A DNA stretch of 64,000 nucleotides, from contig JAWUXM010000013.1 in assembly GCA_034111325.1 (NCBI GenBank), positions 1,687 to 65,686 of the forward strand, in the 5' to 3' direction. The notes beneath the pieces are model-generated. The model saw nothing but the letters and a program-made list of their open reading frames with translations. It had not been told where the DNA came from and made no database searches. This DNA comes from Rickettsiales bacterium (GTDB lineage Bacteria > Pseudomonadota > Alphaproteobacteria > Rickettsiales > JABIRX01). Below are positions 47,949 to 58,431 of the stretch, one piece after another. Numbering within the stretch: position 1 is the first letter of the stretch; every line of letters starts with the position of its first letter. The translations under genes were made by a program, and so were the position numbers.

Positions 47949-48701
47949 TTATTTTTTATCTCTTTTAAGCTTTTCTTTATCAGCTGGAAGAATCTTTTCA
48001 TGTCCGCAGGCTTCATCAGCTTGCCATGTGATATCATTCATCACACCTTCTAATTGCTTTTTGATCCGCTCTAGATCCTGCTTTGAAGATTCTCTAGGCA
48101 CATAAATTGGTTGCGCAAAAATCAATTCTATACGACCAAAAGGTAGTGGAAATTGGAAGCGATCCCAACTATTTAAGAATTTGGCGCGACTCGTTGAATA
48201 TGATACAGCGATAATTGCAGCGCCTGTGCGCTGTGCGATCTCAACAACTGCACTAGAAATACGCATTCTCGGACCTCGCGGACCATCAGGCGTAATGCTA
48301 AGATTCTCGCCAGATTTTAACTTTCTTATTACCTGCACTAATGCTTTAACCGCCCCCACATTTGAAGAACCGCGAATCCCTGTAATCTTTGACTTTGCCA
48401 TGAATTTGGCAAGTAAATCGCCGTCACCATGGCTAGAGATCAAAGCATTCATTGTTTGCTTTGGGTAGAAGGGCTTTAATAAAAATTGAGAAAGTAATAT
48501 GCGACTATGCCAAACAGAATATATAAAATTCTGCCTTTTCGCATTCACTTCATCCATATAGTGCGCATTAGTCACCACTTTACGTGAAGTCAGCAAAACT
48601 AAGCGTACATATAACATCACCAGAAATATGATAAAACTATCACTGATATTTGATAATAATTTGCTAATACTCATCTTGCCGCTAAATATAAAGACCGTCA
48701 A
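47949..48701 (-). CDS. DUF374 / lysophospholipid acyltransferase-like protein (commonly next to waaA)
   Basis: WHSRILL, SSHGDGDLLAK and ITPDGPRGPRMR motifs. Divergent from waaA, as in many alphaproteobacteria. Confidence 0.7.
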   Translation of the reverse strand: MTVFIFSGKMSISKLLSNISDSFIIFLVMLYVRLVLLTSRKVVTNAHYMDEVNAKRQNFIYSVWHSRILLSQFLLKPFYPKQTMNALISSHGDGDLLAKFMAKSKITGIRGSSNVGAVKALVQVIRKLKSGENLSITPDGPRGPRMRISSAVVEIAQRTGAAIIAVSYSTSRAKFLNSWDRFQFPLPFGRIELIFAQPIYVPRESSKQDLERIKKQLEGVMNDITWQADEACGHEKILPADKEKLKRDKK

Positions 48702-48719
48702 TGTAATGAAAAAATACTA

Positions 48720-49979
48720 ATGTTCAAACTATATGCATTTTTAGTCACGATGCTCCAACCTTTTATCTATTTGCTGCTTAATTATCGCAGACGCATTGGC
48801 AAAGAGCATGCCACCCGATTTCCTGAGCGCTTAGGTATTGCCACAAAAAAACGCCCAAATGGCAAAATCATATGGTTTCATGCTGCCTCTGTTGGTGAGT
48901 TAAATGCAATCTTGCCACTAATTAATCACATGGCTAAGGATAATCACAAACTTAATATTTTAGTTACTACAGTTACGCTAACATCTGCTGCTATTGCGCA
49001 GAAAAACTTACCTAAAAATTCTTTTCATCAATTTGTACCGATCGATACAAACAAGGCTGTTAAGCGGTTTTTAGCACATTGGAAACCTGATTTAGCTATT
49101 TGGACAGAATCTGAATTATGGCCCAATTTAATTCATCGCACTCATAAGGTTTGTCGCTTAATTCTCCTCAATGCACGAATTTCTGATCGCTCATATAGTA
49201 AATGGTTAAAATATCGTTTTTTTGCTCAACGTATTTTGGCAGAATTTGACCTAATCCTACCACAGGAAAACACTGATTTAGAACGGCTCAAAAGCCTTGG
49301 TGCAAAAAACATTCAATATATTGGTAATTTAAAATATGATGCGCCTGCTCTTGCTTTTGATAAAAGTGAGTTGGCAAAATTAAAAGCGCAAATTGGCAAA
49401 AGACCAGTTTTTGTCGCAGCTAGCACGCATAGTGGCGAAGAAGTGGAAATAATTAAATGCCACAAGATATTGCAAGAAAAACACCCTAATTTACTGACAA
49501 TCATCGTCCCACGCCATAGTAAGCGCTCCGCAGAAATTGCAGAGGGATTATCAACTATCAATTTTGCTACACGCTCAATCAACGAGAAAATCACTGCCAA
49601 AACTGCAATATACTTGGCTGATACAATGGGTGAATTAGGGCTATTTTATAGCCTAGCAGATGTAAGCTTTGTCGGCGGTTCATTAATGGATGTTGGCGGT
49701 CATAACCCATTAGAGCCAGCAAGGTTTAAAAACGCCATTATCAGCGGCGCACATATCTTTAATTTCACGACAATTTACAATGAAATGCAGCAGGCCAAAG
49801 CGATACTCATTGCCAATGATTGTGCTGATCTTGCTAAGAAAATTGATCAATTACTCAATGATAAAGACAAAAGGGAGTTGCTTGGTAAAAATGCTTTTGC
49901 CTTAGCTGCCAGTAAAAAAGGTATTACTGAAAAAGCTGCAAGCATTATTAAAGAACGAATCGGTGGAATTGCGCAGTGA
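48720..49979 (+). CDS. waaA: 3-deoxy-D-manno-octulosonic acid (Kdo) transferase
   Basis: 419 aa. IWFHAASVGE, PRHSKR and GGSL...GGHNPLEPA motifs. Confidence 0.9.
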   Translation: MFKLYAFLVTMLQPFIYLLLNYRRRIGKEHATRFPERLGIATKKRPNGKIIWFHAASVGELNAILPLINHMAKDNHKLNILVTTVTLTSAAIAQKNLPKNSFHQFVPIDTNKAVKRFLAHWKPDLAIWTESELWPNLIHRTHKVCRLILLNARISDRSYSKWLKYRFFAQRILAEFDLILPQENTDLERLKSLGAKNIQYIGNLKYDAPALAFDKSELAKLKAQIGKRPVFVAASTHSGEEVEIIKCHKILQEKHPNLLTIIVPRHSKRSAEIAEGLSTINFATRSINEKITAKTAIYLADTMGELGLFYSLADVSFVGGSLMDVGGHNPLEPARFKNAIISGAHIFNFTTIYNEMQQAKAILIANDCADLAKKIDQLLNDKDKRELLGKNAFALAASKKGITEKAASIIKERIGGIAQ

Positions 49980-50745
49980 TCACTGCATGATCCGACGGGC
50001 GCTGCCAACCACGTGATTCCTGAATAACTTGTGTAGATTGTAGATTGTCACGTAAATTTGGCGTAATCCAAATATGATCTAAACGTCTTCCGCGAGCAGA
50101 TTTCTCCCAATCACGCGCCCTATAACTCCACCAGCTATAAAGCTTTTTATCATGATCTGTAAATTCACGATGCGTATCACACCAATCTCTGCTTGCTTTG
50201 AGCGCATTAAGCTTTTTCACCTCAATTGGCGTATGTGAGACGACATCAAGTAATTGCTTATGTGACCAGACATCATGCTCTAACGGCGCAATATTAAAAT
50301 CTCCCACGATAATCATTTTATCCTGTGGTGTTCTTGCAGAGAAAATCTGCGTCATTTCGTCAACAAAATCTAATTTATGAGCGAATTTTGGATTCAGTTT
50401 AGGGTCAGGCACATCGCCGCCGGCAGGAATATAGAAATTATGCACTTCTATATCATTAGGCAAAACTGCTGAAATATGGCGCTTATCACCCTTTTTTACC
50501 ATATCACGGGTTTGAATATTAGCTAAAGGAAGTTTAGAGAGAATTGCTACGCCATTATATGATTTTTCACCAGTAAAAGCGATGTAATCATAACCCATTT
50601 TTTTAATTTCTGCTTCAGGAAAGAATTGATCTTGCGTTTTGGTTTCTTGCAAGCAAATCACATCTGGTTGATGTTCTGCGGCAAGCTTTCCTAGTAAATC
50701 AATTCGTAAGCGTACTGAATTTATATTCCAAGAAACAAGTTTCAT
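49948..50745 (-). CDS. xth: Exodeoxyribonuclease III family nuclease (second paralogue)
   Basis: LVSWNINSVRLR, CLQETK, GDFNIAP, RLDHIW and SDHAV motifs; 265 aa. Confidence 0.88.
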   Translation of the reverse strand: MKLVSWNINSVRLRIDLLGKLAAEHQPDVICLQETKTQDQFFPEAEIKKMGYDYIAFTGEKSYNGVAILSKLPLANIQTRDMVKKGDKRHISAVLPNDIEVHNFYIPAGGDVPDPKLNPKFAHKLDFVDEMTQIFSARTPQDKMIIVGDFNIAPLEHDVWSHKQLLDVVSHTPIEVKKLNALKASRDWCDTHREFTDHDKKLYSWWSYRARDWEKSARGRRLDHIWITPNLRDNLQSTQVIQESRGWQRPSDHAVITAQFHRFVL

Positions 50746-51876
50746 TTATTTGAGAGTTTTGAGTGCCTGTTCAAGATCAGCCTTGATGTCATCAATATCT
50801 TCTAGACCAATATGGAATCTAACCAGATATTCAGAATCAACAGTCGCCACATTTTCAAAAAACATCACTAAGCTTTCATAGCCTCCCCATGAATAGCCTA
50901 TGCCAAAAAGCTTTAAGCTATCGACGACTTTTATTAGCTGTTTCTTGCTGTATTTTTTCTTAAAAGTGCAGCTAAACAACCCCGAAGCGCCTGTAAATTG
51001 CTTTTTCCATAATTTATGTCCTGCATCAGATGATAAAGCAGGGTAAATCACTTTCTCAACTTCCTTGCGCGATTTCAACCATTTCGCAATCACCAAAGCA
51101 GATTTGTAATGTTGCTCCATTCTAACTGACAATGTTTTAATTCCGCGTAGCGCTAAATAGCAATCATAAGGGCTAGCACGCACGCCAGCACGATTCACAT
51201 ATGCATGCACCTTACGGTAGTTTGCTAGATTATTATGCGTAATTGAGCCCAATAATATATCTGAATGACCAGAAATATATTTTGAACAAGATTGGATAGA
51301 AATATCAACACCATGCCCAATGGCATCGAGAAAATAACCTCCACTCCATGTATTGTCGATTATTGTGCAAATATTATGTGTTTTTGCCAACTTACTAATC
51401 GCCGCTATATCTTGTACAGTGAAGCTAATTGAACCGGGGCTTTCTAAGAAAATTAGTTTTGTGTTATCTTTAACTAGCTTAGCGAGTTCCTTTGCAGAGC
51501 TATCGGCTGGGTAATAATCTGTTTCAATACCAAACTTTTTTAATTCATTATCACAAAAATTTCGTGTTGGGCCATATACTTCTTCATCAACAAGGATGTG
51601 ATCACCATTTTTTAATAAAGCACTCAAAACCGATGTAATTGCTGAAAGACCAGATGGTGTAATAATTGTCTTATAGCCATTCTCAAGCTTACAAATTGTC
51701 TCAGCTAAGGCATAAGTCGTATCCGTGCCTAGCCTACCATATGGCTGCTCTGATTTTTGCAGATCCGCTATAGAGTCAAACAATATCGTAGATGTCTGAA
51801 AAATAGGCACATTAACATTGCCCGAATATTTCTTAACATCGTGATTTGCTTCCAGTAAAATAGTCTTTTTTTTCAT
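50746..51876 (-). CDS. metC: Cystathionine beta-lyase-like Cys/Met-metabolism PLP enzyme
   Basis: 376 aa with the PLP-lysine motif SCSKYISGHSD and an overall trans-sulfuration enzyme pattern. Exact specificity cannot be determined from sequence alone. Confidence 0.7.
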   Translation of the reverse strand: MKKKTILLEANHDVKKYSGNVNVPIFQTSTILFDSIADLQKSEQPYGRLGTDTTYALAETICKLENGYKTIITPSGLSAITSVLSALLKNGDHILVDEEVYGPTRNFCDNELKKFGIETDYYPADSSAKELAKLVKDNTKLIFLESPGSISFTVQDIAAISKLAKTHNICTIIDNTWSGGYFLDAIGHGVDISIQSCSKYISGHSDILLGSITHNNLANYRKVHAYVNRAGVRASPYDCYLALRGIKTLSVRMEQHYKSALVIAKWLKSRKEVEKVIYPALSSDAGHKLWKKQFTGASGLFSCTFKKKYSKKQLIKVVDSLKLFGIGYSWGGYESLVMFFENVATVDSEYLVRFHIGLEDIDDIKADLEQALKTLK

Positions 51877-52280
51877 AGTAATATAACCAAATAATAAACC
51901 GCTTTGCCTAGAAATAACAATATTAGAAACAAAGCCAAGTTAATTTTTATAAATCCTGCAAACAACGTAAATAAATTACCAAAGAAATCTACCCATGAAA
52001 ATAATAATAGCCATATCAAATAACTGCTAAATTTTCTGATATTTTGCCAGTTTTTTTTATCTATCGTGTATAGGCTAGAATGGCGCAACGCGCCTATAAA
52101 CCGACCTATATAATAATTTATTAAACTACCCAACATGCTTGCTAGCAAGGCTGTTGTGTAAATCAGATATTTATTATATTCAGGAAAAGAAGCCATTATT
52201 TCTACAACTGACTCCGTGCGCAAGGGTAGGATTATTGCAGCGGTCAAAGAATCAATAAATAGATGAATAAAATGCTCCAT
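51873..52280 (-). CDS. Small inner-membrane protein, YqaA/DedA-related (COG1238-like)
   Basis: 135 aa with 3-4 TM segments. The N-terminal FIDSLTAAIILPLRTE resembles the YqaA family. Confidence 0.5.
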   Translation of the reverse strand: MEHFIHLFIDSLTAAIILPLRTESVVEIMASFPEYNKYLIYTTALLASMLGSLINYYIGRFIGALRHSSLYTIDKKNWQNIRKFSSYLIWLLLFSWVDFFGNLFTLFAGFIKINLALFLILLFLGKAVYYLVILL

Positions 52281-53170
52281 TATTTTTTCCTTGTTAAAAT
52301 AAATTCTGCGAGATCACGTAATAAATCAGCCTCTTTTCCAAAAACATGCAAATGCTCTATTGCCTGTTTAACAAGCATTTCAGCTTGTTTACGTGCTTGC
52401 TCCTTACCTAAGATTTTTACAAAAGTTGCCTTTCCCTGCTTTTGATCTTTACCAGCTGTTTTGCCAAGAGTTTTTGTATTAGTTGTAACATCTAATAAAT
52501 CATCAGCAATTTGATAAGCAATACCGATATCATGGGCGTAACGCTTAATACTATTACGTATTGGCTCTTCAACATTTGCCATAATCGCCCCTGATTCGCA
52601 GGAAAATTTAATCAAAGCGCCAGTTTTTAATTTCTGTAAATGTACTATTTCATCAAGAGTTAAGGCTCCATCCTTACTATTCATATCAATATACTGCCCG
52701 CCAGCCATTCCAGTAAATCCAATAGAGCGCGCCATTTCTGCAACTAAATTATTACGAATTACGGGGTCTGGATGTGTCTCCCTATTCGCTAAAATCTCAA
52801 AAGCAAAAGTTAATAGAGCATCACCAGCTAGAATAGCTGTTGCTTCACTATATTGCCTGTGGCAGCTAGCCTTACCACGCCTCATATCATCATTATCCAT
52901 TGATGGCAAATCATCATGGATTAGAGAGTAAGTATGAATTAATTCAGCGACGCTACCGACGATGATAGAGGATTGGCGTGAAACATTGAGCATGTCTGAA
53001 ACAGCCACAACCATGAATGATCGCAGCATTTTACCTGAAGAAAGGGACATGTAGCGCATTGCTTCAAGCAAGCCCGCTTCTGCACCTAATCCATCAGTAG
53101 ATAGCAAACTATCTATGCGCTTCCTTGTAAGATCTGCTGTTTCTAAAAGTTGATCGCCGAACCTGCTCAC
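52280..53170 (-). CDS. ispA: Farnesyl/geranyl diphosphate synthase (polyprenyl synthetase)
   Basis: First DDxxD region LIHDDLPSMDNDDMRRG and second region QIADDLLD. Confidence 0.88.
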   Translation of the reverse strand: MSRFGDQLLETADLTRKRIDSLLSTDGLGAEAGLLEAMRYMSLSSGKMLRSFMVVAVSDMLNVSRQSSIIVGSVAELIHTYSLIHDDLPSMDNDDMRRGKASCHRQYSEATAILAGDALLTFAFEILANRETHPDPVIRNNLVAEMARSIGFTGMAGGQYIDMNSKDGALTLDEIVHLQKLKTGALIKFSCESGAIMANVEEPIRNSIKRYAHDIGIAYQIADDLLDVTTNTKTLGKTAGKDQKQGKATFVKILGKEQARKQAEMLVKQAIEHLHVFGKEADLLRDLAEFILTRKK

Positions 53171-53187
53171 TAGGGAAAAAAGTAAAA

Positions 53188-53625
53188 TTAGTAACGCATT
53201 ACTAAAACTGATCTTTTTGAGTGTCTAACAACTTTCGCTGAATTTGGACCCAATAAATAATCCCTTAGTTCTGGACGATGTGCAGAAATCATGATTAAGT
53301 CAGCATCAATTTTGTCAGCAGTATTAATAATTGATTGGTAAACTGCTCCACCTTTTGCAACAATAATGTGACCAATATCAATTGAATCATCAGTTAAGTT
53401 CTCATCAACAAATTGATGAAGTGCTTCCTTTGTTTTTTCTATTACTCTATCAACCGAACCTTTCGGGAAATATTGAGAAACAAGGCTCATACCGTAATCA
53501 GGAACCGCAGTCATGATGTGTAATTTTGCATTAAACTTGGTTACTAATTCTTTAACTATAGGCAAAGAATCATTCCACGAGTTATTTTCAAAAATATCTA
53601 TCGGGTAAAGAATATTTTTATACAT
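53188..53625 (-). CDS. Universal stress protein family
   Basis: 145 aa with USP fold landmarks (ILYPID..., DLIMISAHR, GPNSAKVVRHSKRSVLV). Confidence 0.8.
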   Translation of the reverse strand: MYKNILYPIDIFENNSWNDSLPIVKELVTKFNAKLHIMTAVPDYGMSLVSQYFPKGSVDRVIEKTKEALHQFVDENLTDDSIDIGHIIVAKGGAVYQSIINTADKIDADLIMISAHRPELRDYLLGPNSAKVVRHSKRSVLVMRY

Positions 53626-53639
53626 AAGGGTGCCTCAAA

Positions 53640-56231
53640 CTATTTAACAAGGTTAATGGAACTATTAGCTCTGCTTTTCTGTCTAATGTAAACAAAAAAG
53701 AAAAGTAGCATAGCCGGTATATACATCAGATGTTTAGATGGCTGCTGCCGTGGCAGCTTAATTTCAGTAATTTCGAAATCCATGTCAAATCCATCCTTCT
53801 TGGCTTGGCTACCAAATTTAGCATAATCAACTAACATTCTACTATCCTCCTCATAAAGCATGGCGCCATAATTCTCTAGTCTCTCCCTACCACTATCGCC
53901 TTCAGGAGTAACAATACTAATTACATAGCGCTTGTCACGACCAAGAAAGTCCCTACCAACGACAACTACTCGGAAATCTTCACCGACCTCTCTTTCAGCC
54001 ATAACACGCTCAATATTTAAAGGGTTTTCCCTTTTGTAAGGCGCTGATACTTGGTTGATCCATAAATTTGGCAAGAAGATCATAAGAGAGGCAATAAGTA
54101 AAAGCGCACTCTCGAATATTTTACTTTTCACAACAAGATAGTTTTGCGTTGCAGCGGTAAAGATTAAAATTGCAACAGACATTTTTAGAAAGACGAAGAT
54201 TCCATACCAGACACTATTTACGCCAATCAAAAGCATCTCATTATCATACATAAAGATGAACGGAAGAATCATCGTTCTAATGCTGTAAACAAACGCCTGT
54301 AGACTTGTTTTGATTGGGTCACCACCTGAAACAGCTGCTGCTGCAAACGAGGCTAGCCCAACGGGGGGCGTAACATCTGCCATAATCCCAAAGTAGAACA
54401 CGAATAAATGCACAGCAATTAATGGTACAAGAAGACCATTTTGCTTGCCAAGCTGAACAATCACCGTTGCCATTAGGCTAGATACAACAATATAATTTGC
54501 AGTTGTTGGTAGCCCCATACCAAGAATCAGACAAATAAAGGCTGTAAATATTAACATTAACAGGACAGAATCCCCAGCTACTATGCTGACAACTTCTGTC
54601 ATTTTATTACCAACACCTGTTTGCGTTACGACTCCAACAATAATCCCCGCTGCAGCAGTTGCAATTCCGATTGCAGCCATATTACGCGCACCAGTTACTA
54701 ACCCTTCAAATAAGTCCCTAAAACCTTCTTTAACCGCAGGATTAACTTTTGCCTTTTCGCCTCTTAAAAGTGCGATAGCAGGTTTTTGTGTAACTAAAAT
54801 AAAAATCATAAATACAGTTGCCCAAAACGCTGAAAGCCCTGGTGATAGCCTTTCTACCATTAAGCACCATACCAATACAACTATCGGCAAAATAAAGTGC
54901 AAACCTGTTTTTACAGTTGGCCCAACTTCTGGCAGCTCAGTAATTTCCCCACCATTATCATCTTCCAACTCAACAAAGCGTGATTTATACCAAAGCAACC
55001 CTAAATAGAATATTGCTATTATACTGCCACTCGCCAATATTGCATGATCTGGAAAGATAGACTTAACAAAAGAGAAAATATGATAAACGATAAAGGTAAG
55101 GATAATAAGGCTCGATACAATTATACCACTAGTCAAGAGCCGTGCTTTTGCTGTTGAAATATTTCTCTTTGGTAAGGCTGGCATATTATATTTCACTGCT
55201 TCTAAATGCACTATGTAAAGAAGGGCTATGTATGAAATTACAGCTGGGATAAAAGCATGCTTAACAACTTCAATATAAGGAATCCCGATATACTCTACCA
55301 TTAAGAAAGCTGCCGCACCCATAACCGGAGGCATAATCTGACCATTTACCGACGAAGCTACTTCAACCGAACCCGCCTTCTCACGACTAAAACCTACACG
55401 TCGCATTAATGGAATAGTAAATGTTCCTGTTGTAACCACATTAGCAATAGAGGATCCTGAAATTAGACCAGTTAATGCTGATGATAATACCGCTGCTTTT
55501 GCTGGACCACCTTTTAAATGACCAAGTAATGAAAAAGCAACTTTGATAAAATAGTTACCTGCACCAGCGCGCTCTAACAATGCTCCAAATAATACGAACA
55601 AGAATACAAAACTTGTCGACACACCTAGCGCAATACCGAAGACTCCTTCTGTAGCAAGCCATTGATGTGATGCAATCTTAGTGAGGTTTGCACCTTTGTG
55701 CATCAACACATCTGGCATATAACGTCCAAAATATGTATATAATAAAAACAATGTTGCAATTGTGGCTAATGGCGGCCCAAGAGCTCGCCTCGTTGCCTCT
55801 ATCAGAAATGCAATACCGACCACAGAAACTGCAATGTCTATATTATTAGGCATACCAGAACGCTTTGAAAGGCCTTCATAGAACAGCAACAAATATAAAG
55901 CACTCAATGCAGCAGACCCAGCGATAATCCAGTCACTGATTGGTACATATTCACGCGGAGATTTTTTAGTTCTTGGATAAGATAAGAAGACCAATACTAA
56001 GGCAAAAGCCAAATGTATATATCGAGATTTTGTACCGTCTAATACGAATATATTCAGAGCAAATGGTAATGGCGAAGCAATCCATAATTGGAACATGGAC
56101 CATAAAAAAGCCACTCCCAAAATAACATTTAATGTAAAGCCAGAAGGGCGTCGAGCACCTGCATCATTATCAAGTACTAGATCTTGTATATCATCAGAAA
56201 TCTCGACCGCTGCTCCTTTTTTGCCTGACAT
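53640..56231 (-). CDS. TRAP transporter fused permease (4TM/12TM, TAXI-type)
   Basis: 863-aa highly polytopic protein adjacent to a TAXI solute-binding protein gene. Confidence 0.85.
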   Translation of the reverse strand: MSGKKGAAVEISDDIQDLVLDNDAGARRPSGFTLNVILGVAFLWSMFQLWIASPLPFALNIFVLDGTKSRYIHLAFALVLVFLSYPRTKKSPREYVPISDWIIAGSAALSALYLLLFYEGLSKRSGMPNNIDIAVSVVGIAFLIEATRRALGPPLATIATLFLLYTYFGRYMPDVLMHKGANLTKIASHQWLATEGVFGIALGVSTSFVFLFVLFGALLERAGAGNYFIKVAFSLLGHLKGGPAKAAVLSSALTGLISGSSIANVVTTGTFTIPLMRRVGFSREKAGSVEVASSVNGQIMPPVMGAAAFLMVEYIGIPYIEVVKHAFIPAVISYIALLYIVHLEAVKYNMPALPKRNISTAKARLLTSGIIVSSLIILTFIVYHIFSFVKSIFPDHAILASGSIIAIFYLGLLWYKSRFVELEDDNGGEITELPEVGPTVKTGLHFILPIVVLVWCLMVERLSPGLSAFWATVFMIFILVTQKPAIALLRGEKAKVNPAVKEGFRDLFEGLVTGARNMAAIGIATAAAGIIVGVVTQTGVGNKMTEVVSIVAGDSVLLMLIFTAFICLILGMGLPTTANYIVVSSLMATVIVQLGKQNGLLVPLIAVHLFVFYFGIMADVTPPVGLASFAAAAVSGGDPIKTSLQAFVYSIRTMILPFIFMYDNEMLLIGVNSVWYGIFVFLKMSVAILIFTAATQNYLVVKSKIFESALLLIASLMIFLPNLWINQVSAPYKRENPLNIERVMAEREVGEDFRVVVVGRDFLGRDKRYVISIVTPEGDSGRERLENYGAMLYEEDSRMLVDYAKFGSQAKKDGFDMDFEITEIKLPRQQPSKHLMYIPAMLLFFFVYIRQKSRANSSINLVK

Positions 56232-56335
56232 AAATTTTTATATTAAGTTATTTAAACTATCTAAACACACAAAAATAGGGAGACTAAGAAGATCTTAATC
56301 AACAAGTTCTAAAAGAGTATGTGGGGGACTTCAAA

Positions 56336-57328
56336 CTATTTTTTGATATAACCCTTTTCCAAGAAATACCTTCTTGCGCCAGGGTGAAGAGGCGCTGTAT
56401 TTCCGCTGTACACTAGATCTTTTGGATTAAGTGCTTGGAAAACAGGATGCAATGTTTTAAAGTTATCAAAATTATCAAACACTGCTTTAACTACTTCATA
56501 AGCCACATCATCTGGCAAACTTGAAGTTGTACTTATTGTTGCTGTTACACCAAAAGACTTAATATCTTTCGGGTTACCAACATACATTCCTCCAGGAATG
56601 GTTGCGAAGCTATAATAGCTATTTTTATTCACAAGATCTGAAACTTCTTTTCCTGTTATGTTTATAAGCTTAGCTTTGCAAGAAGTTGTAACTTCTTGTA
56701 TAGCACCATTTGGATGCCCGGAAGCGTATATCATCGCATCTATCTTATTATCACAAACAGCCTGTGGTTGCTCAGAAGCTTTTAATTCAGAAGCAAGTTT
56801 AAAGCTATCTTTTGTCCAACCTTTTGCTGCCATTAACACTTCCATAGTCGCTCTCTGACCAGAACCAGGATTTCCAATATTAACTCTCTTACCTACTAAA
56901 TCATCAAGGGTTTTAATCCCTGCATCGGACCTAACTGCAATTGTAAAAACTTCTGTATGGAGAGAGAAAAGAGAGCGTAGGTTTTTACGAGGCTCCTGCC
57001 CTGCAAAAGGACCAGTACCTTCATATGCATGGTATTGCCAATCTGACTGCACTACAGCCATATCAAGATTGGACACCTCTAATGCATTAAGATTATAAAT
57101 TGAACCACCCGTAGATTCAACAGAGCATCTAATACCGTGATCTTTTCGAGAACGATTGACAAGGCGACAGATTGCGCCACCAGCTGGATAGTAAACCCCC
57201 GTTACACCACCAGTACCGATTGTAACAAATGTATCCTCAGCGTTACTCTGTGGCATAAAAGCCCCAAGGAAAAACGTAGCAACAAATGATGCCAAAGTTA
57301 AAGACTTAAAGTATTTCTTAACGCTCAT
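56336..57328 (-). CDS. TAXI-family TRAP transporter solute-binding subunit
   Basis: Signal peptide, then IGTGGVTGVYYPAGGAI and GGSIYNL motifs typical of TAXI (immunogenic protein family). Confidence 0.85.
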   Translation of the reverse strand: MSVKKYFKSLTLASFVATFFLGAFMPQSNAEDTFVTIGTGGVTGVYYPAGGAICRLVNRSRKDHGIRCSVESTGGSIYNLNALEVSNLDMAVVQSDWQYHAYEGTGPFAGQEPRKNLRSLFSLHTEVFTIAVRSDAGIKTLDDLVGKRVNIGNPGSGQRATMEVLMAAKGWTKDSFKLASELKASEQPQAVCDNKIDAMIYASGHPNGAIQEVTTSCKAKLINITGKEVSDLVNKNSYYSFATIPGGMYVGNPKDIKSFGVTATISTTSSLPDDVAYEVVKAVFDNFDNFKTLHPVFQALNPKDLVYSGNTAPLHPGARRYFLEKGYIKK

Positions 57329-57543
57329 ATCTACACCCGTAAATTAAATTTTAATTAAAGATTTTCACCCCTCTCTGCGTATCGACATGTAACTACATAT
57401 TACCGACTTGGTAAATTACAAGTACTTATTTGATATTCACCAACAAAAATCACCTAAATATGCTTTGATGATACGAAACTATCTGTTATTACGCAACCAA
57501 AAAAAGTCAGGACAAAACTTATAGCACCCATTGTCGCACGCGG

Positions 57544-58344
57544 CTATAAAATTATTGGCGAAGCATAATTGCCAAAAACCTTGACTTTGTAGGCACCAAA
57601 AATATCTATGCTCCCTTCCCCAATAAAATCATTAACCTCAAATATGACGTGTTTTTTATCAATAAAAGAGGTCAGAATCTCGCAATCATAGCTAGACGCA
57701 AGCAAAGAAACCACCTCTTCTTGCAATATTTCACTGCCGTCTAAGCGAGATATCATACCAATAGTTCTATCATCACCAGTCTTCTCAGTTTCGACTAACG
57801 CCGCTGCATAAAGCTTAGGTAAATCCTTAGCATCTTCACCAACAATAAACGGAATTTCGGCAAAAATTTGAATATTACTATGTTGAGAAAGGCTGTACCA
57901 GCAGTCTTCATCCGCAACGCCAAATACTGCAACTGAATGTTTTCTATTAGCTACATCATTAAAAATTTCTTCTGCAGATTTGCTTTGGATGATGTTAGTG
58001 AATGAGCCAAAATATTCTCGCGCACGCCAATACCCCTCCGCTTCTGAATGTTGCGTACAGACTGCAATGCTAAATTTTTCCTCTATATTCAAAGACGCAG
58101 AAATGATTAAACGCCAGATTTGCCCTACAAATTCTTTTGGCAAATTTGGATATGCTTTTGTTGTTAAATCGCGTAGCATAATCGCCTCTCGACCAGCACG
58201 AATTACACTAACATCTTGCCTATTTGCTTTTTTAATTTGCCCTACTTGTTTAACTAATTTTGTTCTATCAATCAACTGTGCTAATATGTTTTGATCAATG
58301 GCATCAATCTCTGAGCGTATGGAATCCAGCTGCTGTTTTATCAT
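57544..58344 (-). CDS. Chorismate mutase domain protein (AroQ-type N-terminal domain + ~170-aa C-terminal domain)
   Basis: LDSIRSEIDAIDQNILAQLIDRTKLVKQVGQIK is AroQ CM-like. It sits divergent from metXW, as in many alphaproteobacteria. Confidence 0.68.
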   Translation of the reverse strand: MIKQQLDSIRSEIDAIDQNILAQLIDRTKLVKQVGQIKKANRQDVSVIRAGREAIMLRDLTTKAYPNLPKEFVGQIWRLIISASLNIEEKFSIAVCTQHSEAEGYWRAREYFGSFTNIIQSKSAEEIFNDVANRKHSVAVFGVADEDCWYSLSQHSNIQIFAEIPFIVGEDAKDLPKLYAAALVETEKTGDDRTIGMISRLDGSEILQEEVVSLLASSYDCEILTSFIDKKHVIFEVNDFIGEGSIDIFGAYKVKVFGNYASPIIL

Positions 58345-58431
58345 AGTAGAGTCTTTTCTTTTATTATTGTTATATTAGGTTATTATCGCCATCCCCTAGA
58401 TGGACTATTACAAACCTTACTGATAATTAAA

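Noticed and set aside
58345-58431. Looked for a SAM-II (metA/metX-type) riboswitch upstream of metX and an SAH riboswitch upstream of ahcY.
   Set aside because: The metX leader is only ~87 nt, and I could not recognise the conserved SAM-II pseudoknot elements. ahcY starts 2 nt after rfbA, leaving no room for a leader. An Infernal scan would be needed to exclude this fully.
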